Source of the DNA: an uncultured Actinomycetota bacterium
Lineage (GTDB): Bacteria; Actinomycetota; Actinomycetes; Mycobacteriales; Pseudonocardiaceae
DNA length: 64,000 bases
NCBI GenBank assembly: GCA_963785135.1
Contig: CAWATV010000009.1
Coordinates: forward strand, 85,173 to 149,172
Direction: 5' to 3'
Within the stretch, counting starts at the first letter, position 1. Every line of letters begins with the position of its first letter. The notes beneath the pieces were generated by a model. The model ran no database searches and was not told the origin of the DNA. It worked only from the letters and a program-made list of their open reading frames with translations. The translations under genes and the position numbers were made by a program. This document shows positions 37,731-48,070 of the stretch, in pieces.

Positions 37731-38576
37731 GTGGCGACGGGACGCTCGGGTGGGCGCGGGGGTGGTGGCGCGGGTCCCAGCGGCCTGCGCGACACCCCTC
37801 GGGCGCTGCGCTCGGTGCACCGGACCACGGCGCGCGGGGGCGAGCGCGTCCCCGCTCCCGAGAACCCCCGCGACGACGACCGGCCACCCGAGCTGGCCGT
37901 GGCGCCGCCGGTGGCCGTGGCCCCCGAGGACCTCCGGGCCGCGCCGGAGCCCGACCGCGCCCGCGCCCACGACCGCGCGGAGACCTGGGTGACCGAGGAC
38001 GAGATCCTCGCCGGGCTCCGTGCCCGCTCACTCGCGTGCGGCGTCGTACCGCTCGGGCCCGGCGCGGCCACCGCCCTGACCTTCCTCGCCGCCGCCACCC
38101 GCGCCCGGGCCGCCGTCGAGGTCGGCACGGGACTCGGGGTCGGCACCGTCTCGCTGCTCCGCGGCATGCCCGCGGACGGCCTGCTGACCAGCATCGACAT
38201 CGACCTCGACCACCAGCACGCCGCGCGGGAGGCGTGCGTCGAGGCCGGGTTCGGTCCGAGCCGGCTGCGCATGATCACCGGGCAGGCGCTGCAGGTGCTG
38301 CCGCGGCTGTCCGACGGTGGCTACGACCTCGTCGTGATCGACGCCGTCACCACCGAGTACCCGCGCTACCTCACCGAAGCCCTGCGCCTGCTGCGCCCCG
38401 GCGGCGTCGTGGTGCTCGACAACGTCCTCTGGAACGGCCGCGTCGCCGACCCGGTCCGCCGCGAGGCGGTGGCCGGCGCGCTGCGCGAGACCACGCGCGC
38501 CGTCCGCGAGGACGAACGCCTGCTCCCCCTGATGCTCCCGCTCTCCGACGGACTGCTCTGCGCCGCGCGTCGCTGA
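37731..38576 (+). CDS. SAM-dependent O-methyltransferase (Rv1220c-like)
   Basis: VEVGTGLGVG, LTSIDID, YDLVVIDA, LRPGGVVVLDNVLW; TAACCT -10 lies 6 nt before the GTG. Confidence 0.9.
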   Translation: MATGRSGGRGGGGAGPSGLRDTPRALRSVHRTTARGGERVPAPENPRDDDRPPELAVAPPVAVAPEDLRAAPEPDRARAHDRAETWVTEDEILAGLRARSLACGVVPLGPGAATALTFLAAATRARAAVEVGTGLGVGTVSLLRGMPADGLLTSIDIDLDHQHAAREACVEAGFGPSRLRMITGQALQVLPRLSDGGYDLVVIDAVTTEYPRYLTEALRLLRPGGVVVLDNVLWNGRVADPVRREAVAGALRETTRAVREDERLLPLMLPLSDGLLCAARR

Positions 38577-38592
38577 GACGGTTCCCGGAGCC

Positions 38593-40137
38593 TCAGTCCG
38601 TGCTCCCGGGTGTCCAGGCGGCCGCGAACTCCACGAGGGTGCGCGCCGAGAACCCCGTGGCGCCCTTGGCGACCTCCTCGTGCGGGGTGTCGCAGCGCGC
38701 GGGCCCGGCGATGTCGAGGTGGATCCAGGGTCGGCCACCGGTGAAGCGGCGCAGGAACAGGGCGGCGACGATGCCGCCGGGGCCAGGCGGGGCCTGGCGG
38801 ACGTCGGCGAGGGTGGAGTCGACGTCGGTCTCGAGGTGATCGGTCAGCGGCATCGGCCACCACGCCTCGCCGGTCGTCGCGCCGGCGTCGACGAGTGCGC
38901 CCCGCAGGGCCGGGGTGCTGGCGAACACCCCGCCGGTGCGCACGCCGAGCGCGACCTTCATCGCCCCGGTGAGCGTGGCGACGTCGACGACGACGTCGGG
39001 GTCGAGCTCCTCGTCGGCGTGGGCCAGGACGTCGGCGAGCACCATCCGGCCCTCGGCGTCGGTGTTGGTGACCTCGGAGGTGATCCCGCCACGGTGGCGT
39101 ACGACGTCGCCGGGGCGGTAGGCGCTGCCGGACACGTGGTTCTCGGCCAGGGGCACGAGGCCCGTGACCCGGACCGGGATGTCGAGGCGCGCGAGCGCGC
39201 GCAGGGCGCCGACGACCGCGGCGCCGCCCGAGCAGTCGGTGCGCATGTCGGCCATGCCGGCGTTGGGCTTGATCGAGATGCCGCCCGTGTCGAACGTGAT
39301 GCCCTTGCCCACGAGCACCACGTGGCAGCGGGCGTCCGGCGGCGACCAGGTCAGCTCGAGCAGCCGGGGCGGGCGCGAGGAGCCGCCACCGACGGCGAGC
39401 AGTCCGCCGAAGCCGTGCTCGGCGAGCCAGGCCTCGTCCCGGACCACGACGCCGAGCCCGTCGGCGTCGCTCACGAGCTCGGCGGCGGTACGAGCGAACC
39501 AGTCCGGGGACTTGGTGCCCGAGGGGGTGTCGGCGAGGTCGCGGGCCAGCGCGGTGGCGCGTGCCAGCTCGATCGCGCGCGAGACCGCGTCGCGGTGCTC
39601 GGCGGGCACGTCGAGATGCACGGTCGGCACCGGGGCCGGCGGGCTCGAGCGTACGGCGAACCGGTGCGAGCCCAGGATCACGCCGGTGGCCAGCGCCGCC
39701 CACCCGAGCGCGTCGTCGGGGGCGTCGCCGTCCCGGTCGGGGGCGAGGACGAGCGCCACCGGGTCCCCGGTGTCGGTGTCCGTCTCGGCGTCGGTGGGCG
39801 CGGGGCGAGCATCACGCACCGCCTTGACCGCGGCCGCCCCGACGGCGCGCCAGTCCTTCGGTGTGCCGGCACCGGCGCCGACCAGCCACCGCGCGGGCTC
39901 GCCCGGCAGCCCCGCGACGGCCCCCGCGGAGGGACGCCACCCCGCCGGGGCCCCGGCGACCACCGCGGGAGTGCGGTCGTCGCCGGTGCCGTCACCGGAG
40001 GTGTCGTCGTCGGAGGTGTCGTCGCGGCGCCGCCAGCGCACGGTCGGACCGGCGTGCTCGTCCGGGCTCGTGAGGACGAGCCCGGCGAGCGGGGTGGGCA
40101 GCGTCGGGTCGGCGAACGCCGCGCCCGCGAGGCCCAC
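38593..40137 (-). CDS. M17 leucyl aminopeptidase family protein
   Basis: LVGKGITFDTGGISIKP, MRTD, NTDAEGR, DVATLTGA, WIHLDIAG. Confidence 0.9.
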   Translation of the reverse strand: MGLAGAAFADPTLPTPLAGLVLTSPDEHAGPTVRWRRRDDTSDDDTSGDGTGDDRTPAVVAGAPAGWRPSAGAVAGLPGEPARWLVGAGAGTPKDWRAVGAAAVKAVRDARPAPTDAETDTDTGDPVALVLAPDRDGDAPDDALGWAALATGVILGSHRFAVRSSPPAPVPTVHLDVPAEHRDAVSRAIELARATALARDLADTPSGTKSPDWFARTAAELVSDADGLGVVVRDEAWLAEHGFGGLLAVGGGSSRPPRLLELTWSPPDARCHVVLVGKGITFDTGGISIKPNAGMADMRTDCSGGAAVVGALRALARLDIPVRVTGLVPLAENHVSGSAYRPGDVVRHRGGITSEVTNTDAEGRMVLADVLAHADEELDPDVVVDVATLTGAMKVALGVRTGGVFASTPALRGALVDAGATTGEAWWPMPLTDHLETDVDSTLADVRQAPPGPGGIVAALFLRRFTGGRPWIHLDIAGPARCDTPHEEVAKGATGFSARTLVEFAAAWTPGSTD

Positions 40138-40145
40138 GCCGGCGC

Positions 40146-40313
40146 TCAGCCGACCACGCCCTGGAGAGCCTCCCGCAGATCGCCGGCCTCGTCCGCCGTC
40201 ATCTCGACGACGAGGCGCCCCCCACCTTCGAGCGGCACGCGCATCACGATGCCGCGCCCCTCCTTGGTGACCTCGAGGGGACCGTCGCCGGTCCGGGGCT
40301 TCATGGCCGCCAT
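40146..40313 (-). CDS. DUF3117 family protein, 55 aa (not in ORF track)
   Basis: MAAMKPRTGDGPLEVTKEGRGIVMRVPLEGGGRLVVEMTADEA. Confidence 0.92.
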   Translation of the reverse strand: MAAMKPRTGDGPLEVTKEGRGIVMRVPLEGGGRLVVEMTADEAGDLREALQGVVG

Positions 40314-40478
40314 GTCGTGCTCCCTCCGCGAGCTTTCGTCGATCTCCCGCCGTCACGGTGCCCCGCGCGACTGCGTGGGGACCTCGTGGAGCGAGCGCCG
40401 TGTGACAGACGTCGATTCTTCACCATCGTCCCGGTCGGCACGACACCGGAGCCGATCATCCCGGCGTGTCCGCCCCGG

Positions 40479-41069
40479 TCAGGGGCCCGGCGCGTCCGCC
40501 CGGAAGCATCCGGCGACGTGGTCGTCGACCATCCCGGTGGCCTGCATGAGGGCGTAGCAGGTCGTCGGACCGACGAACCGGAAGCCGCGGGAGCGCAGCG
40601 CCTTCGCCATCGCGTGCGAGGCCGGCGAGGTCGCCGGGACGTCCGCCAGCCCCGCGGGCGGCGCTCCGCGGGTCTCGGGCGCGAACGACCAGAGCAGGCC
40701 GTCGAGGTCCTCGCCGCGCTCGGCGAGCGCCAGCACGGCGCGGGCGTTGTCCCGGGTGGCGAGGATCTTCGCGCGGTTCCGGACGATTCCGGCGTCGCCG
40801 AGCAGCCGTTCGACGTCGTCGTCGCCGAACCCGGCCACGACCTCGGGCTCGAACCCGGCGAACGCCGCCCGGAACGCGGGGCGCTTGCGCAGCACGATCA
40901 GCCAGGAGAGCCCCGACTGGAAGGCCTCGAGGCTGATCCGTTCGTAGAGCGCGTCGCGGCCGTGGAGCGTGCGACCCCACTCGGTGTCGTGGTACTCGGC
41001 GAGCAGGCCGTCGCCCGCCCCCCACGGGCAGCGGGCGATCCCGTCGGCGCCGGTGACGGCCACGGTCAC
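40479..41069 (-). CDS. tag: DNA-3-methyladenine glycosylase I
   Basis: RCPW, YHDTEWG, LEAFQSGLSW, IVRNRAKI, FRFVGPTT, GMVDDHVAGC. Confidence 0.93.
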   Translation of the reverse strand: MTVAVTGADGIARCPWGAGDGLLAEYHDTEWGRTLHGRDALYERISLEAFQSGLSWLIVLRKRPAFRAAFAGFEPEVVAGFGDDDVERLLGDAGIVRNRAKILATRDNARAVLALAERGEDLDGLLWSFAPETRGAPPAGLADVPATSPASHAMAKALRSRGFRFVGPTTCYALMQATGMVDDHVAGCFRADAPGP

Positions 41070-41530
41070 TCGGCGAGCTCCTCGCAGTGGCGGGCCATGG
41101 CCTCGAGCGATCGACGCAGGCCCAGCGCGAACACCGGGCGCACCACGGGCCAGCCGAGCGCCCCGAGGGGGCCGAGTGGCAGGTCGAGCAGCTCGCTCCA
41201 GTGGAACGTCGAGGCGTCCCCACCGTCGACCCCCCGGCGCTCGGTGACCGAGAACACCCCGCTGCCGCGCACGATGCGCCCGGTGTGCCGCACGGTGGCG
41301 CGGTGCGGCGGGTCCCAGCCGACGACCTCCATGGTGTCGGTCACCGCGAGCGGGCCGACGCCGGTGGTCGCGGCCACCTCGGAGCCCACGCTGCGGCCGT
41401 CGCCGCGCGTGACCTCGACGTGGGTGCCGAGCATCCAGTCGCCCTGGGACTCCCAGTCGGTCACGACCGCCCACACCGTCTCGACCGGGGCGTCGATGTC
41501 GACCGACACCGTGATCTCGCGGCGCGCCAT
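41066..41530 (-). CDS. SRPBCC/START family protein
   Basis: VDIDAPVETVWAVVTDWESQGDWMLGT, WDPPHRATVRHTG. Confidence 0.85.
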   Translation of the reverse strand: MARREITVSVDIDAPVETVWAVVTDWESQGDWMLGTHVEVTRGDGRSVGSEVAATTGVGPLAVTDTMEVVGWDPPHRATVRHTGRIVRGSGVFSVTERRGVDGGDASTFHWSELLDLPLGPLGALGWPVVRPVFALGLRRSLEAMARHCEELAE

Positions 41531-41540
41531 GACGGCGTCC

Positions 41541-41957
41541 TCACCTTCTGTCGCGGGGCTCGTCCAGCGCGGGCATTCCCCGCCCGACCCCGGTCGACTC
41601 CACCCGCGGCGTCGGGTCGGTCGGGCTCGGGTCGCCCCGGCCGGTCACCGCGTCGCGCGGAGCCGGCGCACCCGCGTCCTCCATCACCGCCACCCGGGCC
41701 CGCAGCGCGTCGACCTCGGCGGCGAGGCGCTCCAGGGCCCAGTCGACCTCGCTGCACTTGTAGCCACGCAGCGCCTGCTGGAAGCGCAGGTCGCGCACGT
41801 CGCCGCCGGTGAGATCGCGGGCGGGCAGGCGGGTGGGGGTGGCGCCCGGCGGCATGGGGGCGAGCTCCTCGCCGCGGCCGAAGACCAGGGCGGCGACCAG
41901 GTAGACCGCGGCGGCCACGAGGCCGACCACGACGACGTACACCAGCGCGCTGCCCAT
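41541..41957 (-). CDS. DivIVA-domain membrane protein (Rv1209-like)
   Basis: N-terminal TM, GRGEELAP, DLRFQQALRGYKCSEVDWAL. Confidence 0.85.
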   Translation of the reverse strand: MGSALVYVVVVGLVAAAVYLVAALVFGRGEELAPMPPGATPTRLPARDLTGGDVRDLRFQQALRGYKCSEVDWALERLAAEVDALRARVAVMEDAGAPAPRDAVTGRGDPSPTDPTPRVESTGVGRGMPALDEPRDRR

Positions 41958-41994
41958 GGCTTCTGATCGTAGGCGGCACCGGGGCCTGGAGCCG

Positions 41995-42942
41995 TCAGGT
42001 CCCCGTGCGCCGCAGGGTCTCCAGTGGCGGCCGGTCGACGACGGCCACCGCCTGCTCGTCGGGCAGCCAGTCGCCGTCGACGGGCACGAACTGGACCAGC
42101 GGGTCGGTACCGGGGTGGCCGGGGACGCAGCGGCGCAGCGCGGCGTCGAGGACCTCCGCGGCCGTGGCGCCGAGGGCGCGCAGCGAGCGGTGGCGGTGCT
42201 TGCGGACCCCGAGGTCGACCTGGCCGATCGCGTCGAGCCCGCGGGTGCGGTGGGTGTCGAGCAGCAGGCCGATCTCGACGCCGTAGCCGGCCGCGAAGGG
42301 CACCGACTCCAGCAGCGCGCGGGTGGCCGCGTACTCCCCGCCGAGGGGCTGGACGACGCCGGAGAGCTCCGGGCGCAGGGCGGCCAGGACGGGGCGGGCG
42401 GTCAGCTCGGTGACCCGTCCGCCCCCGGAGAGCGTCGCGTCGGCCTCGGTGGCGCCGGGCGAGGGGAGCCGCAGCGGGCGGTGGTAGAAGCCCTTGACCA
42501 GCTCGACGCCGTCGACGGTGAGCAGCGGACCGAGCAGGGAGACGACGAACTCCGGGCCCATGTCGATCAGGTCGGAGTCGAGGAACACGACCACATCGCC
42601 GACGGTCGCGGCGAGCGAGCGCCAGAGCACCTCGCCCTTGCCCGGGAGCACCGGGACCTCGGGCAGCACCGCGTCGCGCGCCACGACGCGCGCCCCGGCC
42701 GCCCGGGCCCGGGCGGCGGTGGCGTCGGTGGAGCCGGAGTCGACGACGACGAGCTCGTCGACCAGCGTGCCGACCAGCGGGCGGACCGCGGCCACGACCC
42801 CGCCGACGGTGGCCTCCTCGTCGAGCGCGGGCAGCACCACGGACACCGTGCGCGCGCCCTTCGCGGCCGTCAGTCCCGCGGCGTCCCACGGCGGGTGCGC
42901 CCACGTCCGTCGCCCGAACCAGTCCTCGACCTCGGGCCTCAC
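41995..42942 (-). CDS. gpgS: Glucosyl-3-phosphoglycerate synthase
   Basis: VSVVLPALDEEATV, VDSGSTD, PGKGEVLWRS, GGGRVTEL, QPLGGEYA, GYGVEIGLL. Confidence 0.92.
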   Translation of the reverse strand: MRPEVEDWFGRRTWAHPPWDAAGLTAAKGARTVSVVLPALDEEATVGGVVAAVRPLVGTLVDELVVVDSGSTDATAARARAAGARVVARDAVLPEVPVLPGKGEVLWRSLAATVGDVVVFLDSDLIDMGPEFVVSLLGPLLTVDGVELVKGFYHRPLRLPSPGATEADATLSGGGRVTELTARPVLAALRPELSGVVQPLGGEYAATRALLESVPFAAGYGVEIGLLLDTHRTRGLDAIGQVDLGVRKHRHRSLRALGATAAEVLDAALRRCVPGHPGTDPLVQFVPVDGDWLPDEQAVAVVDRPPLETLRRTGT

Positions 42943-43796
42943 GCCAGCGCCCGCACCGTGCGGGCCGGGGGCGTGTCGCCGCGGATGGCGGAGACCATGT
43001 CGACCACGCGGCGGGTGGCGGCGACCTCGTGGGCGCGGACCATCGCGGCGCCCGACCAGGCGGCCACGGCGGTCGCGGCGAGGGTGCCCTCGAGCCGCTC
43101 GGCGAGCTCGGTGGTGCCCAGGGTCTCGCCGACGAAGTCCTTGTTGGACAGGGCCATCAGCACCGGGCGGCCCAGGGCGACGAGCTCGTCGAGGCGTCGC
43201 AGGAGCTCCAGGCCGTGGAAGGTGTTCTTGCCGAAGTCGTGGGTGGGGTCGACGAGGATGCGCGCGGGGTCGACACCGGCGCGCTCGTGCGCCGCGGCCT
43301 GGCGGGTCACCTCGGCGATGACGTCGGCCACCACGTCGACGTAGCGCACACGGTGCGGGCGGGTGCGGGGCACGGCGCCGCCGGTGTGGGAGCAGACGAT
43401 GCCGGCCCCGAACTCGGCCGCGACCGCGCCGAGGGACGGGTCGACGCCCGCCCAGGTGTCGTTGATGAGGTCGGCGCCCGCCGCGCACACCTCGCGGGCG
43501 ACCTCGGCGCGCCAGGTGTCGACGCTGATGGCGACGTCGGGGTGGCGCGCGCGGACGGCGGCGACGGTCGGGAGCACGCGGCGCAGCTCCTCGGCGGCGT
43601 CGACCGCGGGTCCCGGACCGGCCTTGACCCCGCCGACGTCGACCACGTCGGCACCGGCGGCGACGGCCCGGTCCACGGCCTCGAGCGCCGCCCCCGCATC
43701 CCAGGCGGCGCCGCGGTCGTAGAACGAGTCGGGCGTGCGGTTGACGATGGCCATCACCGCGACACGCCCGTCGGCGGGCAGGAGGGCGCGGGTCAC
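42939..43796 (-). CDS. folP: Dihydropteroate synthase family protein (FolP2-like)
   Basis: VMAIVNRTPDSFYD, DVGGVKAGPG, ISVDTWR, LINDTW, DPTHDFGK, SNKDFVGE. Confidence 0.88.
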   Translation of the reverse strand: MTRALLPADGRVAVMAIVNRTPDSFYDRGAAWDAGAALEAVDRAVAAGADVVDVGGVKAGPGPAVDAAEELRRVLPTVAAVRARHPDVAISVDTWRAEVAREVCAAGADLINDTWAGVDPSLGAVAAEFGAGIVCSHTGGAVPRTRPHRVRYVDVVADVIAEVTRQAAAHERAGVDPARILVDPTHDFGKNTFHGLELLRRLDELVALGRPVLMALSNKDFVGETLGTTELAERLEGTLAATAVAAWSGAAMVRAHEVAATRRVVDMVSAIRGDTPPARTVRALA

Positions 43797-44326
43797 GAGC
43801 CGGCCACCGAGTCCAGCGCCTCGTCGACGGTCCGGACGCGGACCAGCGCGCCCATCCCCCGGTCGCTGACGAACCCGGTGCCGCGCAGCCCCTCGAGCCA
43901 GGCGAACAGCGGGGCGTAGTGGCCGTCGGGGTCGAGGACGACGACCGGCTTGGCGTGGATCCCGAGCGCGCGGGAGGTCCAGGCCTCGAACAGCTCCTCG
44001 AGGGTGCCCAGGCCCCCGGGCAGGGCGAGGACGGCGTCGCAGCTCGCGTCCATCACGGCCTTGCGGGTGCGCATGTCGTCGACGACGAGCAGCTCGTCGG
44101 CCTCGGCGTCGGCGACCTCCGCGTCGACGAGGACCCGCGGCATCACCCCGACGGTGTGCGCCCCGCCCGCCCGGGCCGCGCGCGCCACGGCGCCCATCAT
44201 CGACACGCGCCCGCCGCCGGAGACCAGCGACCAGCCGCGCGCCGCGATCGCGCTCCCCACCTCGGCGGCGAGCACGAGGTGTGTCTCGGCGACGTTCCCC
44301 GAGGCACAGAACACGCACACCCTCAC
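43793..44326 (-). CDS. LOG-family (TIGR00730) nucleotide ribohydrolase, short type
   Basis: MRVCVFCAS, VSGGGRVSMMG, RKAVM, PGGLGTLEE. Confidence 0.9.
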   Translation of the reverse strand: MRVCVFCASGNVAETHLVLAAEVGSAIAARGWSLVSGGGRVSMMGAVARAARAGGAHTVGVMPRVLVDAEVADAEADELLVVDDMRTRKAVMDASCDAVLALPGGLGTLEELFEAWTSRALGIHAKPVVVLDPDGHYAPLFAWLEGLRGTGFVSDRGMGALVRVRTVDEALDSVAGS

Positions 44327-45132
44327 CGCTCGATCATCTCCTGGAAGCCGAGCCGGACGATGTCGACGGCCTCGTCGACGTCGTCGGTGAGGTGGACGAG
44401 GTCGACGTCCTTCTTCGAGATGGTCCCCTCGTCGACAGCGGGGCCGGCGAGCCAGTCGTGCAGCCCGCCCCAGTACTCACGGCCGAGCAGGACGACCGGG
44501 AAGCGGGTGACCTTGCCGGTCTGGACGAGCACGAGCGCCTCGAAGAGCTCGTCGAGCGTGCCGAAGCCGCCGGGCAGGCAGACGAAGGCCTGCGCGTACT
44601 TCACGAACATCGTCTTGCGGGCGAAGAAGTAGCGGAAGTTCACCCCGAGGTCCACCCACGGGTTGAGGCCCTGCTCGAAGGGCAGCTCGATGCCGAGCCC
44701 GATCGAGAGCCCGCCGGCCTCGCTCGCCCCGCGGTTGGCGGCCTCCATGCAGCCCGGGCCACCGCCGGTGATCACGGCGAAGCCCGCGCGGGCCAGCGCC
44801 GCGCCGAGCTCCACACCGCGGGCGTAGGTCGGGTGGTCGGGCGGGGTGCGGGCGGAGCCGAACACCGTGGCGGCGCGCGGGATCTCGGCCAGGACGCTGA
44901 AGCCCTCGACGAACTCGGCCTGGATCCGCTGGACACGCCAGGCGTCGGAGTGCACCCACTCGGCGGGGCCACGGGAGTCGAGCAGCCGCTGGTCGGTGGT
45001 CGAGCTCAGCCGCGCCGGGTCGCGGTGCTCGGGACGGCGGCGGTCGATGGCGGTGGCACGCGGCGCGATGTCGTCGTCGAAGTGGTTGCGCGACTCCGGG
45101 AGCGCGCGGTCGGTCGGCTCGGGCCCGGTCAT
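44323..45132 (-). CDS. LOG-family (TIGR00730) protein, long type
   Basis: WRVQRIQAEFVEGF, VFGSAR, ITGGGPG, FRYFFARKTMFVKY, PGGFGTLDE. Confidence 0.9.
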   Translation of the reverse strand: MTGPEPTDRALPESRNHFDDDIAPRATAIDRRRPEHRDPARLSSTTDQRLLDSRGPAEWVHSDAWRVQRIQAEFVEGFSVLAEIPRAATVFGSARTPPDHPTYARGVELGAALARAGFAVITGGGPGCMEAANRGASEAGGLSIGLGIELPFEQGLNPWVDLGVNFRYFFARKTMFVKYAQAFVCLPGGFGTLDELFEALVLVQTGKVTRFPVVLLGREYWGGLHDWLAGPAVDEGTISKKDVDLVHLTDDVDEAVDIVRLGFQEMIER

Positions 45133-45175
45133 GCCGCGAGCCTAGGAGCCGCACCCGAACGGGGCGTGACGGCGG

Positions 45176-46264
45176 CTACGCGGTGGTGAGGTAGGCCCGC
45201 AGCACGTCGCACGCCGCGGTCACGGCGGGCACCTCGACCCACTCCTCGCGGGTGTGGGCGAGGTTCGGGTCGCCGGGCCCGAAGTTCAGGGCCGGGATGC
45301 CGAGGGCCGCGAAGCGCGCGACGTCGGTCCAGCCGTACTTCGCGACCGGCGTCGCCCCGGTGGCCGCCACGAACTCCGCGGCCGCGGGGGCCGCGAGTCC
45401 GGGCAGCGCGCCGGGGGCGGCGTCGGTCACGGTCAGCTCGGCGATCCCCGTGCCGTCGAGGACCTCACGGACGTGCGCCTCGGCGCCGGGGAGGTCCCGG
45501 TCGGGGGCGAACCGGAAGTTGACCGTGACCGTGCACCGGTCCGGGACCACGTTGCCGGCGACGCCGCCCTCGATGCGCACCGCCTGCATGCCCTCGCGGT
45601 AGACGCAGCCGTCGATGTCGACGCTGCGCGGCACATAGCCGGCGAGCCGGTCCAGCAGCGGCGCGGCGGCGTGCACGGCGTTGACGCCCAGCCAGGCCCG
45701 CGCGGAGTGCGCGCGCCGGCCCTCGAGGGTCGCGACGAGCCGCATCGTGCCCTGGCACCCGCCCTCGACCTGGCCCGACGTGGGCTCGCCGAGCACCGCG
45801 AGGTCGGCGTCGAGCCAGTCGCGGTGCTCGCGCTCGATGCGGTTGAGGCCGTTGCGCGACGCCTCGACCTCCTCGCAGTCGTAGAGCACCAGCGTCACGT
45901 CGTGGGCGGGCTCGACCACGGCGGCGGCGAGGTGGGTCATCACCGCGACGCCGGCCTTCATGTCGCTCGTGCCGCACCCGTAGAGCCGCGTGCCCTCCCG
46001 CCGCGAGGGCAGGTTGTCGGCGATCGGCACGGTGTCGAGGTGCCCGGCGAGCAGCACCCGCCGCCTGCGGCCGAGGTGCGTGCGCGCCAGCACGGCCTGC
46101 CCCGAGCGCACCACCTCGAGGTGTGGCGCCTGCGCGACGAGCGCCGCCTGCACGGCGTCGGCGAGCGACTCCTCGTCGCCGGAGACGCTCGGGACGTCCA
46201 CCAGCGCCGCCGTGAGCGCCACGGGACCGGCCGAGAGGTCGAGGGTGACGGGCGGCGGGCTCAC
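45176..46264 (-). CDS. dapE: Succinyl-diaminopimelate desuccinylase
   Basis: [46 protein letters not shown]. Confidence 0.93.
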   Translation of the reverse strand: MSPPPVTLDLSAGPVALTAALVDVPSVSGDEESLADAVQAALVAQAPHLEVVRSGQAVLARTHLGRRRRVLLAGHLDTVPIADNLPSRREGTRLYGCGTSDMKAGVAVMTHLAAAVVEPAHDVTLVLYDCEEVEASRNGLNRIEREHRDWLDADLAVLGEPTSGQVEGGCQGTMRLVATLEGRRAHSARAWLGVNAVHAAAPLLDRLAGYVPRSVDIDGCVYREGMQAVRIEGGVAGNVVPDRCTVTVNFRFAPDRDLPGAEAHVREVLDGTGIAELTVTDAAPGALPGLAAPAAAEFVAATGATPVAKYGWTDVARFAALGIPALNFGPGDPNLAHTREEWVEVPAVTAACDVLRAYLTTA

Positions 46265-46330
46265 CCGCGCGAGGCTAGACGGGCGTACGGTCTCCTTCCC
46301 CTCCGCCCTGGGGCGATAGCCTCGATGTCG

Positions 46331-47312
46331 ATGAGCACCCCGAGTTCCCCGACCCGCGCCCTGGGCGTGGGGCTGGCCACCGTCGCCCTCGACGGCACCG
46401 TCCTCGACACCTGGTACCCGCTGCCGGAGCTGGCTGCGGAGGACGATCCGGTCTCCGCCGAGCGCGGGCACGGTGATGGTCCCCGCCGGCGAGCTGGAGC
46501 CGTCGCTGGTCGACGCGCTCGGCACCGACGAGGCCCGGGGGGTGGAGGTCGTCGCCGTACGCACGGTCGCCGACCTCACCGCGCCGCCGTCCTCGGGCTA
46601 CGACGTCTACCTGCGCCTGCACCTGCTGTCCCACCGGCTGGTCCGGCCCCACCAGATCGACCTCACCGGCATCTTCGGCCGGCTCGCGAACGTCGTCTGG
46701 ACCAACCACGGGCCCTGCCCGGTGCCGGACTTCGAGCGGGTCCGCGCGCGGTTGCGTGCGCGCGGACCGGTGACCGTCTACGCGGTCGACAAGTTCCCGC
46801 GCATGGTCGACTACGTCATCCCCTCGGGCGTCCGCATCGGCGACGCCGACCGCGTCCGCCTCGGCGCCCACCTCGCGTCGGGCACCACCGTGATGCACGA
46901 GGGCTTCGTCAACTTCAACGCCGGCACGCTCGGCACCTCGATGGTCGAGGGCCGCATCTCCGGTGGTGTCGTGGTCGGCGACGGCACCGACGTCGGCGGG
47001 GGTGCGTCGATCATGGGGACGCTGTCCGGGGGCGGCAAGGAGGTCATCGCGATCGGCGAGCGCTGCCTGCTGGGCGCCAACGCCGGGATCGGGATCTCCC
47101 TCGGCGACGACTGCATCGTCGAGGCCGGCCTCTACGTGACCGCCGGCACCCGCGTCACCCTCGACGACGGCAGCGTGGTCAAGGCCGCCGAGCTCTCCGG
47201 CCGCTCCGGCATGCTGCTGCGCCGCGACTCGGTCACCGGCACCGTGCACGCCCTCGCCCGCACCGAGGGCGCCCGCGTGGAGCTCAACGCCGCCCTGCAC
47301 GCGAACGACTGA
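46331..47312 (+). CDS. dapD: Tetrahydrodipicolinate N-succinyltransferase, apparent +1 frameshift at about 46469
   Basis: The N-terminus [19 protein letters not shown] is in one frame; [41 protein letters not shown] are in the next. Confidence 0.9.
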
Positions 47313-47326
47313 TCGGTCCCCTCACG

Positions 47327-48070
47327 ATGACCGATCACCGCGCCGCCCTCGGGGACGTCCTGATGGGCTACGACGACGACGGGAGCGGCGAGCCGCTCGT
47401 GCTCCTGCACCCCGGTCTCGCCGACGCCCGGGCGTGGGAGCCCAACCTGCCCGGGCTCGCGGCGCGGTTCCGGGTGTTCCGCCCCGACCAGCGCGGCCAC
47501 GGGCGCACGCCGGACGTGCCCGGCCCGATCACGCTCGCGCGGATGGCCGAGGACACGATCGCGTTCCTCGAGCAGGTCGTCGGCGGGCCCGCGCCGGTGG
47601 TGGGGCACAGCACCGGGGCCCTGCTCGCGCTCACCGTCGCGCTGCGCCGGCCCGACCTCGTGCCACGGCTCGTGGTCTCGGCGGGCGTCTTCCACCACGA
47701 CGCCTGGGCCCCGGGCGTCCTCGACCCGCTCGACGGCGAGACGCTGGCGTTCTTCGTCGAGTGGCACGACGCGGTGTCACCGGACGGCCCCGGTCATTTC
47801 CCGGTCGTCGCCGAGCGGGTGCTGGACGCGCACCGCCACGAACCGGCGTTCACCCCGGCCGACCTCGCCGGCTACCCGCACCCGGCGCTGGTGATGATCG
47901 GGGACGACGACGACGAGATCCCCGTCGAGCACACGCTCGCCCTGCGCGCCGGACTCCCCGACGCCCAGCTCGCCGTCGTCCCGGGGACGGGCCACGGCTC
48001 GCTGGGCGACAAGCCCGAGCTGTGCAACCACATGATCGTCGACTTCCTCACCGAGGAGCGGCCGGGCTGA
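47327..48070 (+). CDS. Alpha/beta hydrolase
   Basis: LVLLHPG, PDQRGHGRT, GHSTG, VVPGTGH. Confidence 0.88.
   Translation: MTDHRAALGDVLMGYDDDGSGEPLVLLHPGLADARAWEPNLPGLAARFRVFRPDQRGHGRTPDVPGPITLARMAEDTIAFLEQVVGGPAPVVGHSTGALLALTVALRRPDLVPRLVVSAGVFHHDAWAPGVLDPLDGETLAFFVEWHDAVSPDGPGHFPVVAERVLDAHRHEPAFTPADLAGYPHPALVMIGDDDDEIPVEHTLALRAGLPDAQLAVVPGTGHGSLGDKPELCNHMIVDFLTEERPG

Noticed and set aside
46440-46480. dapD pseudogene or programmed frameshift
   Set aside because: No slippery heptamer or obvious stimulatory structure, the gene is normally essential, and similar indels recur across the window
45254-48070. 938-aa ORF seemingly fusing a DapD N-terminus to a hydrolase
   Set aside because: Produced by the dapE antisense shadow plus the dapD indel; the hydrolase has its own ATG at 47327
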